Assembly: GCA_964019425.1 (NCBI GenBank)
Contig: OZ025785.1
Span: 806,001 to 870,000 of the forward strand
Direction of reading: 5' to 3'
DNA length: 64,000 bases
DNA from: Flectonema sp. DT1601
Lineage: Eukaryota
Part shown: piece by piece, positions 55,118-64,000 of the stretch
Position numbering within the stretch: position 1 is the first letter of the stretch
Layout: every line of letters begins with the position of its first letter
The notes under the pieces: generated by a model
Database searches by the model: none
Told to the model about the DNA's origin: nothing
Seen by the model: only the letters and a program-made list of their open reading frames with translations
Translations under genes and position numbers: made by a program

Positions 55118-56836
55118 TTAAATTAATGAAGTTTGCCATGGTATTCTATCTCTTCTTCGATACCGAGTAGGGCCTCTAGGAGCTGGTCTCATTCGCCGTG
55201 AACGTCCTGAGCTTAGTGTAGATGCTGTAGAAGGAGGAATTTCCTCTTCTTCTCGCATGTTCTTTAGCACTCCAGCAGCACCACCAGCCATCTCATAACT
55301 TCGTATCAATCTGGCAGGGAGTGGAATCTCTCTCATTCTCGCACCAGCCCAGGCATTTGCTTCACCCCGTTTTTCAGGACGGGCCAGCAGAGTTTCCAAA
55401 TCGTGGCCAAATCTACCAACTGCTTCTCCGTTTAGAGCGTCAAGAGCATTCTCAAGCATCGTGTGACTCTCAACAGACTCAGCTAGTCGATTTTCTAGTT
55501 CTCTTCCCATGAGTAGAAGAGCATTTTTTAAAGCAGTGTTGTTGTCGCTGCGAAGGTCAACGCGGACAAAGCGATCGATTATATTAGGATTCGTAGTTTT
55601 ATCTTGACTATTAAGCTTCCATATTGATGGATAAGGACCAACTCCTATTGCTTCATTTCGGTCACGAGTAGGATACGCTTGGGTGACATCAAAGTCTTCG
55701 AAACCATCACCACTGTCAGTCTTTTGAACATCTAAACTTCTGGATAACGATGAGCTACTAACAGATCTATCAGAATGACCAGACCTTCCACTGGTAGTCG
55801 TGGGGGCATATTTCCCCTTTTCCAAAATCCTCAACAAATGCTCTAAGTCTTCTCTCGAATAAACTGATAATTCCTCATACAGATTTAGTCTTGTAAATCC
55901 TTTGGGAAAGTCTGCTTTATAAGCTTCTTTTGAAACTTGTTGTCGGCGAAATATCCTATTTAATTCCGAATATTCACGAAAACTAAGAAGCTTGTCTTTG
56001 TCAACATCAAAACGTTTCATAATCATGGGTGACAATTTATCCATCAAATGTTGTCTTTCTGGATCAATTGTCGTTCCTTCAGAATATGAATAAGTCGCAC
56101 TATCATCATCCGACCCGTCTAATTGAGCGCTTGATATTTGTGCTCCTTGGGGTGGTTGGAATGTAAAGACGAGTGACTTTCCGGCATTAAGAGATGCTTG
56201 AACCTGTCCAGTTACTTGTTCGTGGACGTTTGGTCCTCCAATAGGGACTCCGTTAAGTGCTTTTATTCGAGATGTAGGAGGGATTCCTGCTCGTTCTGCT
56301 TCACCTCCAGAAACTACTTCAGATACTAAAGCACTCCCTGCTACATTAACAAAAGAAAGACCAACTGCTGCAGGGTTCAGTACAGCATCGTGAATGTGGT
56401 TGGCGTATGCAGGAACAGAGAAGGTTTTCCCATCATATTCAACGATCTCACCTTCTCTAACTCCTCCTCCCATGTCAGAACCTTCAGGAGGTAAGTGTCT
56501 GATGATGATACCCTTCCCTGCTTCCTTTGATGAACGAATCTGTTGTATTATTACTTGTTGATGGCTACCAGAGTTCAAAATAATTCCATTTATTGCTAAC
56601 ATCTTAGAACCGGGGGGTACACCAGCTTTGGCAGCTGCACCACCAGAGTCAACTGCAGTGATGAATACCTCACCTCCTGCCTCTAAGTAAGATAATCCTA
56701 TTGATGCTCCTTCTCTACCTGGTGCTGAGAGAGACGCATCTCTTGGGACAGAACCTTTGTAAGACGGGACTTTAAATGAACCGCCTTCACCGTCTCCAAT
56801 TACTTCCCCTTCTTCTGCCGGCCTTTCGTCTGACAT
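55118..56836 (-). CDS. Protein with two PDZ-like domains and an EF-hand-like motif
   Basis: IGLSYL...VFITAVDSGGAAAKAGVPPGSKMLAING and VGLSFV...VSEVVSGGEAERAGIPPTSRIKALNG; FDVDKDKLLSFREY is EF-hand-like. First ATG at 56836. Confidence 0.8.
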   Translation of the reverse strand: MSDERPAEEGEVIGDGEGGSFKVPSYKGSVPRDASLSAPGREGASIGLSYLEAGGEVFITAVDSGGAAAKAGVPPGSKMLAINGIILNSGSHQQVIIQQIRSSKEAGKGIIIRHLPPEGSDMGGGVREGEIVEYDGKTFSVPAYANHIHDAVLNPAAVGLSFVNVAGSALVSEVVSGGEAERAGIPPTSRIKALNGVPIGGPNVHEQVTGQVQASLNAGKSLVFTFQPPQGAQISSAQLDGSDDDSATYSYSEGTTIDPERQHLMDKLSPMIMKRFDVDKDKLLSFREYSELNRIFRRQQVSKEAYKADFPKGFTRLNLYEELSVYSREDLEHLLRILEKGKYAPTTTSGRSGHSDRSVSSSSLSRSLDVQKTDSGDGFEDFDVTQAYPTRDRNEAIGVGPYPSIWKLNSQDKTTNPNIIDRFVRVDLRSDNNTALKNALLLMGRELENRLAESVESHTMLENALDALNGEAVGRFGHDLETLLARPEKRGEANAWAGARMREIPLPARLIRSYEMAGGAAGVLKNMREEEEIPPSTASTLSSGRSRRMRPAPRGPTRYRRRDRIPWQTSLI

Positions 56837-56977
56837 ATTCTTCGAATCGTAAAGCAACTTTGAAAAGTGACCGATTAAAAGTTAAATTCAAAAAACGTAG
56901 TTCTCTAATCAGACATTCTTTTTATAGAATGCTGTGAATACAAAAACAGACTATTCACGATATTGTGAGGACCAACG

Positions 56978-57308
56978 AAAATCAAATCTTAAGAAAGAGA
57001 AGGCAAACAGAATTTGTTCAGGTGGTTGATCCTGCACTTTTGACTCGTATCAGTATCTGCAATGCAGCGAAAAGCTACTCAGGAGTCGGTTAAAATCATC
57101 CTTACTGTGAGGGCTGGGGAATTCAAAGAGCTATTTAAAGTAGAACGTGTATTCTCCCCCTTCATCCGCTCGCGTTAGGTACTGCAAGTTGAAACAGTTG
57201 GGGTCTGTAGTAAATGAAAATCAAATTTCAGGAAAGAGAAGGCAAAACAGAATCTTTTCAGGTAGTCCTCCACTTTTGACTCCGCAATCAGCGAAAGCTA
57301 CTCGGGAG
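56978..57308. repeat. Degenerate ~100-bp direct duplication in intergenic DNA
   Basis: aaaatcaaat..aagagaaggcaaacagaat..ttcaggt..cacttttgactc..cagcgaaa(a)gctactc.ggag occurs at ~56978-57086 and ~57217-57308. Confidence 0.8.
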
Positions 57309-58618
57309 AACTAAATTTCTTCTTAGACCACATACACAAATGCTGACGTACAATGTCCTCCTCCACACAATCACACGATCAACAATCTGTAAAAAGAAAT
57401 AGATAAATAAATAGGGAAATTATAAAAAAAACTGTTTAATTTTTTTTTTAATTCGAACGGATCAAAAAAAAAAAAAAAAGCTACCAAACCACGTAACGAA
57501 TACGTGGCTTCATAAATTATTAAATCGACCAAATGTCTTCCTCAAGTGGAATAAGTACCACAGAAGACCAAAACGGTTATGGTGGTGAGTTGCCTTAATA
57601 ATCAAAAGTTATGCCTGTCAATGCTACGCGGAGCGGGTTACCACTTGCATTCCCATTATATCACTCAGGAAAGAAATATTCCATACAGTACAGAGGCGAA
57701 AAAATATTTGTGGAAAAAAAAAAAAAAACATTCGAGAATGTAGAACTTTGTGAGTCGTTACACAGAGTTAAACAGGAAGAATATGTACTACTAAAAAGTG
57801 AAGAATGTGTGATGGTCGGTAAAAACCAAAAAGAAGCCAAACCAAAAAAAAGAAATCATTAAAAAAAATAATCAAGCTCGACACATTACTATGTGGATCC
57901 AACGCTACCGTTGCTGTGTTATACCATCCGACTCAGCTTCAGTGACATCTAGACCGTAACCCAATTTTTGTTTTTTTTTTGTTTTTTTCCCTCCGTTTTA
58001 AACATGAAAATAAAAAGTTTTTTTAATAAAAAAAAAAAGGGGAGGATGTGGGACTTTTAGATATTAATACAAAATTAATATCAAGTACTCGACAGTTCAC
58101 TGAAAAAAAAGTAGAAAAAGAAAAAAAAAGAGAAAAAAAAAACATAATTATATTTGTTGTTGTTAACCATGAAAAGATACGTATAGAAAAGAAAAAAAAA
58201 AGAGAAAAAAAGCGACATATATTCTGTTTTTAAGGATATATAATCAGTTTTTTTGTTTTATTGACCAGAAGACGTTGTCGAATCTGGTAATTCGGGGACC
58301 GCGTATTATCAGGTTGAGGAAGATCAATAAAAAAAAAAAATAAAAAAAAAAATCAAACCCACAAAAGAAATTGCAGCTTGTACACGTACATTTAGATTTA
58401 AGAAACTCGTAATAAGTTGTCATCACATCATGTCGCAACTTGCACTTCATCTCGAGTGCTTCAGATCGCAGTGTCCGTAGAAATTTTACGTTTCATTGAA
58501 CAGAATAGATGATTGGGAAAGACGAAATTACTACCTCTCTTTGTTTTTTTAATAATTAGTACAGAACCTCAATAGAAGAGCATATCGAACTATTACAGTT
58601 TATTAGGAAATTAACTTC

Positions 58619-59062
58619 TCACGACATTACATAAGTTGGAATTGAAAAGAACTCACCATTACATTCAATAACTTCCATTCTGGATACACCGGGAGGAACA
58701 CATCTTAACACCAGAGGTTTCCCTCCAAATTTAGCTTTGGATATTTCTCTTTTTATTAGATTGTGAGTATTTTTTCCTTCCCTGAGTGATATTCCGTTTA
58801 CAGACATTAGTTTGGAACCGACAGTCACTCCAGCTATTTGACAGCTGCTCCCTGCATCGACTCCAGTAATGAACAAATCCGCACCAACAGCAAAGTATGA
58901 CAATCCTAATCCCCCTCGTTCACCAGGGATGACATCGATATCTTTCGGAATAGATCCGCAGTAGGATGGAACTACAAAAGTTCCTCCCTCATACCACAGC
59001 TGTTCCCCTTCTCCAGCAGGTGGGTCATCACTATCATCCGTATCGAAAGTGTTCAGTGTCAT
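58619..59062 (-). CDS. Single PDZ-like domain protein, short paralog of the 55118-56836 gene
   Basis: GGTFVVPSYCGSIPKD...GLGLSY...LFITGVDAGS....AGVTVGSKLMSVNGI aligns with the first module of the neighbouring gene. It stops just into the second module. Confidence 0.7.
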   Translation of the reverse strand: MTLNTFDTDDSDDPPAGEGEQLWYEGGTFVVPSYCGSIPKDIDVIPGERGGLGLSYFAVGADLFITGVDAGSSCQIAGVTVGSKLMSVNGISLREGKNTHNLIKREISKAKFGGKPLVLRCVPPGVSRMEVIECNGEFFSIPTYVMS

Positions 59063-59252
59063 AGTAGTGACTTTAGCCTAGTGGGTATATTAGGAGGGGG
59101 AAAAAATGGTAATATGTATTATTATGGTTATTGTTGTTTTTTATTTTTTTTTAAAAAAAAAAATATGTAAAAAAAAAAAAAAAAAAATTTTAAATTATTT
59201 CGGCTGAAACGTTATCTGAATGAGTGTAATTGGTTTGCTCGCGATACGTAGA

Positions 59253-60444
59253 TTACAACTCAGACTCTGCGTCAGCTGCAGCAGCACTCAAAAGTATCAT
59301 AATGGTAGATGTAAATAAGATGATCAGAAGAATTATAAAAACCTGTTTTAAAATGTTATTTTTATCTAAACCTTTGATTCCAACATTATATAGTAGTTGA
59401 GCCATACCCAACGTGGAGCTGCTTCTACACCCTTTTCAGGTTCTTCAGAGTTCGGAAATGTAAGATCTCCAGTTCCCAGCATCTGTTTGGTATTTTTTAT
59501 TAACCCAAAAACGGTTAGAAAAGTTATGATTTTATTTCCTTTAAAACACAAACCTCATTGAATCGTTCACGGATCTCAGACTTCGAACCATAGCCGTGCC
59601 ATTTTGTTATTCCACGGAGAGAACAAAACGGAGTGATTATCACCCTTCGTTTGGGAATTGAGATCAATAAATCGGAAGGATTTGGAGGGAACGATTCGAT
59701 ATTTTCAAAGAACTCATCCAAGGATCCTAATACAGAATCTTTTACATCACAAATCACAGAATTTCGAACTGATTTTATTGTTTCTCCAAAACCAGATATT
59801 TCTCCGACAGGTATGGCTACCGTAAAAGCCAATGTGTCTGGTTCATTATTATTTATCGACTGGACGAGGTTGTCAAACATTTCAGAGTCAGATACGACAT
59901 CCGGGATATGAAACGATAAAATATTATTAAAATTTCCTTCCTCTTGAATTGATTTTTCAATTCTTGATTTTAATATTTCTTTAAGAGAATCAACGACTGA
60001 TAAAATTTCCAATCGAGGATCTTTTTTATAACTTGATCGCCGAAGGGGAACAGTCTCTGTTAGTGTTGTCGTAGTTGACATTCCTGAGAGAGTTATATAC
60101 TTTGAAATGTTTACTGACTTAATAACATCATTCTGTGATTGTGATCTACAGTCATAGCTTACCATTGTAATAGGGTTTACGTAGATAGGAATTGAACCTA
60201 ATTTGAATATTAATTTTTTAAGACAGCTGATAGCGACGATTCTCATTCCATATGACATCATTCTATTCACCTCCTCAATCTGAATGTCGGCATTATCCTT
60301 CCATTCACTCTCATTTTCACCTGCCAATGGAATTGCACCGCATACTACTATTTCATTTCCTTCAGATATCCCACAGAGTAGATGCGGTTGTTCATTTTCT
60401 GATGCAGCACCTAAAGCAATCTTCACCTCTTCAGATATAAACAT
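59253..60444 (-). CDS. ODR-4-like tail-anchored protein, 3 exons
   Basis: W......IEEVNRMMSYGMRIVAI, IPKRRV and EIRERFNEMLG resemble ODR-4 motifs. Exons 60444-59554, 59482-59408 and 59342-59253 join in frame and add a C-terminal TM helix (VFIILLIILFTSTIMILL). Confidence 0.65.
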
Positions 60445-60999
60445 CGTTACTTAACTATTTTGTCATCTTTTTTAGAATAAGTAATGGATTACTTTTGGTA
60501 ATTTAAAACTTTAATTGTGATGTGTCACGTATTTGTCGTATTTACATAATCAAGTGGCTGTGATGAATAATAATATCGTGAAATTAGTTATTGGATTGCT
60601 TTAGTTTAGGTGATCAGCGTTTTTTTTTTTTTTTTTTTGAAAAATATTTCTTTTATAAGGGGTAGTAAAAAAAAAAAAAGTGGGATTGGAAATTTTCTTC
60701 AAATCAAAACCGTGTCCCTACACATGAGAGGAGGAACTACGGGTAGACATCTGAAGTAGTAACGATGATGTAGAGCTTTTTTTGAATATTACTTTTTGTT
60801 AACCTGATGGGCTTTTTCTATTTGGATAAAATTCTTGTTCTTCTTTTAGTTTTCTTTTTCCATTTTTTTATCCTCTTTTTTTCTTCTTTTTCATTGGATT
60901 AAATAAAAAAAAGTGACGAGGGGGGGGAGCCCCTAACAAAAAAATAAAAACAATAATAAATATTGAAAAGGGGGAACAACACTAAACATAAAATTACTC

Positions 61000-63024
61000 T
61001 TAGACCTTAACTTCTTTAGTGTCGACAAGTTCTTCGGAAGTGATTGTTCTTGTTTCGAAGTCGAAGTCGACTCCAGTGGAAGCTTGAAGCTTCTTTCTTT
61101 GAACAGCGTGGTCTTTGAATACCTTTCTGATTTCTGATACCCTGGTTTTGTATTCTCCAAACATCTTCGACATTCTCTCTTTTCTCTCGATTTCGTCTTT
61201 CTTAAGAATCCTGACTTCCTCATCAGCAAACTTCTTCTCCCAGTTCTTCTTGTTTCTAACAATTTGCTTTGTGTCTTTGTCAGTAACCAATGTTGGAGGT
61301 CTTGGTCTCCACATGAATTGATAGAACTTCTCAATCTTCTTCTCAACAGCGAGCTTTCCCTGAAAGGTCCAAATCTTGAAACCGTTTTCCATTTGATGGA
61401 AATGTTGAGACACAAATGTTGTAATAAAACGACCAGAGGCATCCCAGTTAGCGTTTGAGCACATAAAGTGGGAGGTGGTGTTGATCAATTCGAGTTCGTC
61501 AGCGTTCCAGAATTCCAAACAGTTTCCGTTGAACGGTTGCTTCATACCAGCAAGGAGGAGGTACTTACCCTTTGGTGACCAGTAGATGTGGTTCACTTGT
61601 TTGTTGTGGAAGGTCTTTAGAAGACGTACTTCTCCAGACTTGACAGCTCCCATAGTGTAGAAGGAAACATTTAACTTTACATCACTAGGTCCGTGGATAA
61701 GTGCGAATCTGTGACCTCTAGGTTCGAATGAGAAGGCTACAACAGTGTCCTGAAGTTCAATAGTTTCGACAGCGACATCCTTGTGACGGATTCTAAATAG
61801 TTCGTATGCGGATATGTAAGCAGATTTACTCTTACGCTGAACCTTGCAAGCAAGGAAGTCACCTTGTGGATGCCAAGTCATACGAATGTCTTCAATCTTG
61901 TACAAGTTTCTCTGTGCGATAGTGTTAAATTTGTATCCCTTTGGTTGTCCCTCACGAATAACAGTCTCAACTTCTACTAATGTAACACGTGCAGGAGTGT
62001 TGTTAGCTTCTGGTACCCAGTAGCAGAAGTAGTTTTCAGTTGGTGACCACTCAAGAGATTTAATACCTGGCTTGTAGATAGTAGTTGTTCTCTCAGGATC
62101 TGGTTGGTATAACTTCATTCCCTGCTCAAGATCATATAACAAGATGTTATCAGTTGATAACTTAGCTAAGAACTGTTCATCATGAGACCACTTGAATGGC
62201 CACTGAGTGTCTCCAGTGTATGGAACTTGAAATCTTCTAATCTTCTTACCGAGTTGAACGTCCCATACAATAAGTTCTGATGACCAAGTGATGAGGTATT
62301 TCTCTTTTGGACTCCAGTCAATGTTTTGGACTTCGTTGTGTGAAAACTGACCCATCTTTGTCCAGTTCTTACCTCCCCACAAGTTAATTCCCTTTTCAGT
62401 AAAGGTGACGAGGTATGTACCAAGAGGGGACCATGCTGCGAAGAGCTTTGTCCAGTTAGACTTCTCGTAAACCTTTTTCATGATGTCAGAAGGCTGAAGA
62501 TCAGTTGCTGAGGTGACCTGGTAGTCGTTCCAGAAGACTCCCATTGTGTGATCATCACTTCTTCCAGGCATTGCGTGTCTAATGAAATATTGTTCTCTAG
62601 CTGTGTCATCACAGAGGTACTCATACAGAGGTTCTTCATTAAACTTATCCATTTCAAGTGATGGGTTGGCGTATACATCTGGAGTGTCTTTAATCTTGTC
62701 CCATTCGGTAAACAAGTTTGTTCTCAAAACGTGATTCTTATCAAACTTTAATCCATGAAGTCTTCTTACAACTTCTTCAGCATCTTGCTTCTTTGGGAAT
62801 GCAGCAAAACAGAATCCAAGAGTTGTTAAGTCATCATCTTGTGGCATGTGAATAAAAGTTGCCTCTTTCTCAGTCTTCTCACGAATCTTCTTTGCCAATA
62901 CTGCTTTTAACTTCTCCAACTTTGCTGGGTCTACAGTCGGAAGGCAATCAATAATTACTAAGGCATCCTTCGATCTGTCGACTCTCTCATCGATGTAGGA
63001 CGCTACCGCCTCTTGTTCAGACAT
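61000..63024 (-). CDS. EIF3B: Eukaryotic translation initiation factor 3 subunit B
   Basis: N-terminal RRM (IIDCLPTVDP.KLEKL, TLGFCF, FDKNH), WT...AWSPLGTYL, WSPKEKYLITWS, FEPRGHRFA, WD.SGRF, QFMWRPRPPTL. Confidence 0.96.
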   Translation of the reverse strand: MSEQEAVASYIDERVDRSKDALVIIDCLPTVDPAKLEKLKAVLAKKIREKTEKEATFIHMPQDDDLTTLGFCFAAFPKKQDAEEVVRRLHGLKFDKNHVLRTNLFTEWDKIKDTPDVYANPSLEMDKFNEEPLYEYLCDDTAREQYFIRHAMPGRSDDHTMGVFWNDYQVTSATDLQPSDIMKKVYEKSNWTKLFAAWSPLGTYLVTFTEKGINLWGGKNWTKMGQFSHNEVQNIDWSPKEKYLITWSSELIVWDVQLGKKIRRFQVPYTGDTQWPFKWSHDEQFLAKLSTDNILLYDLEQGMKLYQPDPERTTTIYKPGIKSLEWSPTENYFCYWVPEANNTPARVTLVEVETVIREGQPKGYKFNTIAQRNLYKIEDIRMTWHPQGDFLACKVQRKSKSAYISAYELFRIRHKDVAVETIELQDTVVAFSFEPRGHRFALIHGPSDVKLNVSFYTMGAVKSGEVRLLKTFHNKQVNHIYWSPKGKYLLLAGMKQPFNGNCLEFWNADELELINTTSHFMCSNANWDASGRFITTFVSQHFHQMENGFKIWTFQGKLAVEKKIEKFYQFMWRPRPPTLVTDKDTKQIVRNKKNWEKKFADEEVRILKKDEIERKERMSKMFGEYKTRVSEIRKVFKDHAVQRKKLQASTGVDFDFETRTITSEELVDTKEVKV

Positions 63025-63572
63025 TTTATATAATGTTCTGGTAATGAATGATTTAAATATGATGATTTTAATTTATTATTTCAAAAAAAATAACAATCGA
63101 CAAATCCCTAGAAAGGGTTGTACTTCAGTACCTTCTCAACTGTCTTATCAGAGTTCTGTACAAGAAATTGAACTGCTGGTGTTGTTACTCCAAGATATGA
63201 ATGAAATAAACAACTTCTGGTTTTACATTTATTCAGAGATTGAGTTTTCATATTTTTTTTTTTTTTTTTGAAAATTATTTTTTTTAATATTCTTTTTCTT
63301 TCTTTCTTATCCCTGAAAAAAGATGAATTAAAACATAATGGCTGAAAATCATTACTAATATGTATAGAATAAGGACAGCCGTTTTTTGATGCGGTTGTTC
63401 CATCTGACTCAGGTCCCTGATCTGGGACTTATACTCAGTGCGACCTATCTACTGTTACTGGTTCACACTATAGATGCTGTGGTTCTTTAAAAAGGGTCGG
63501 ATGTCAAGAATGTACTTCCTTTGTTAGAGTATAACTCAAACTCACATTCCTTTCAAAAAGCCTGGGTCGTCG

Positions 63573-63605
<33 letters not shown>

Positions 63606-63723
63606 ATTAAAAAAGAATTTAAAAAAAATATAATTGAGGTAAGAAATAGTCAGAATGCTGATTACGAACAAAAGCAGGGCAAGGAACGGGTCGTCAAATT
63701 GGGAAACTCGATTTTGGGAGCAT

Positions 63724-64000
63724 TTACTGGTTCAATTCCATGATGGTGTTGACAACATCACCTGTTTTGTTATTGTTTATGTTTATGGAAATGTATGGAA
63801 ACGTGCGTAGTGCTCGTGTTTGGATGAAAACAGAAAAAGGTGGTTGCGCAGCAGCAGCAACACATACCGTTGTTCTTCTTGAGGGCCTTGATGGCCTTCT
63901 TTCTGTTGACACCACTGATCTGGCTCATGATGATTTCGATGTCCTTCTCGGTGACTCCCTCAAGGTCCTCCTCCTCATCGTCCTCATCATCCTCATCGGC
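63724..64000 (-). CDS. NACA: Nascent polypeptide-associated complex alpha subunit, 3' part (UBA domain); gene continues beyond the window
   Basis: Reads ADEDDEDDEEEDLEGVTEKDIEIIMSQISGVNRKKAIKALKKNNG, intron 63867-63762 (GTATGT...ACAG), then DVVNTIMELNQ*. This is the classic NAC-alpha UBA tail. Confidence 0.9.

Overview
AT-rich eukaryotic nuclear DNA with many homopolymer runs. All ~22 supportable protein genes lie on the minus strand, and several carry short GT-AG introns. This layout and a trypanosomatid-type eEF1B N-terminal motif point to a euglenozoan, most likely a diplonemid (inference). Recognisable genes: an ionotropic glutamate receptor-like channel, Ku70, TYW1, an LRR protein, a Rab GTPase, an eEF1B-N-domain fusion protein, an ataxin-2/PBP1 homolog with a long polyQ region, a Tim44-domain protein, two PDZ-like paralogs, an ODR-4-like protein, eIF3b and the 3' end of NAC-alpha. 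The main feature is a ~25 kb tandem array (29.2-54.3 kb) of five paralogous type I membrane protein genes. Each encodes a signal peptide, a His/Asp/Ser-rich tandem repeat, a Cys-containing possibly SEA-like domain, a TM helix and a short tail. Four copies have ~49, ~79, ~154 and ~147 units of a 13-aa (39 bp) repeat, and the fifth has a distinct, more His-rich repeat. The array shows higher-order repeat structure and a readable unequal-crossover chimera. A candidate plus-strand structured RNA (~9.7-10.07 kb) and a MITE-like inverted repeat are also reported. Exon structures were reconstructed by eye and family assignments come from motif recognition, not database searches.
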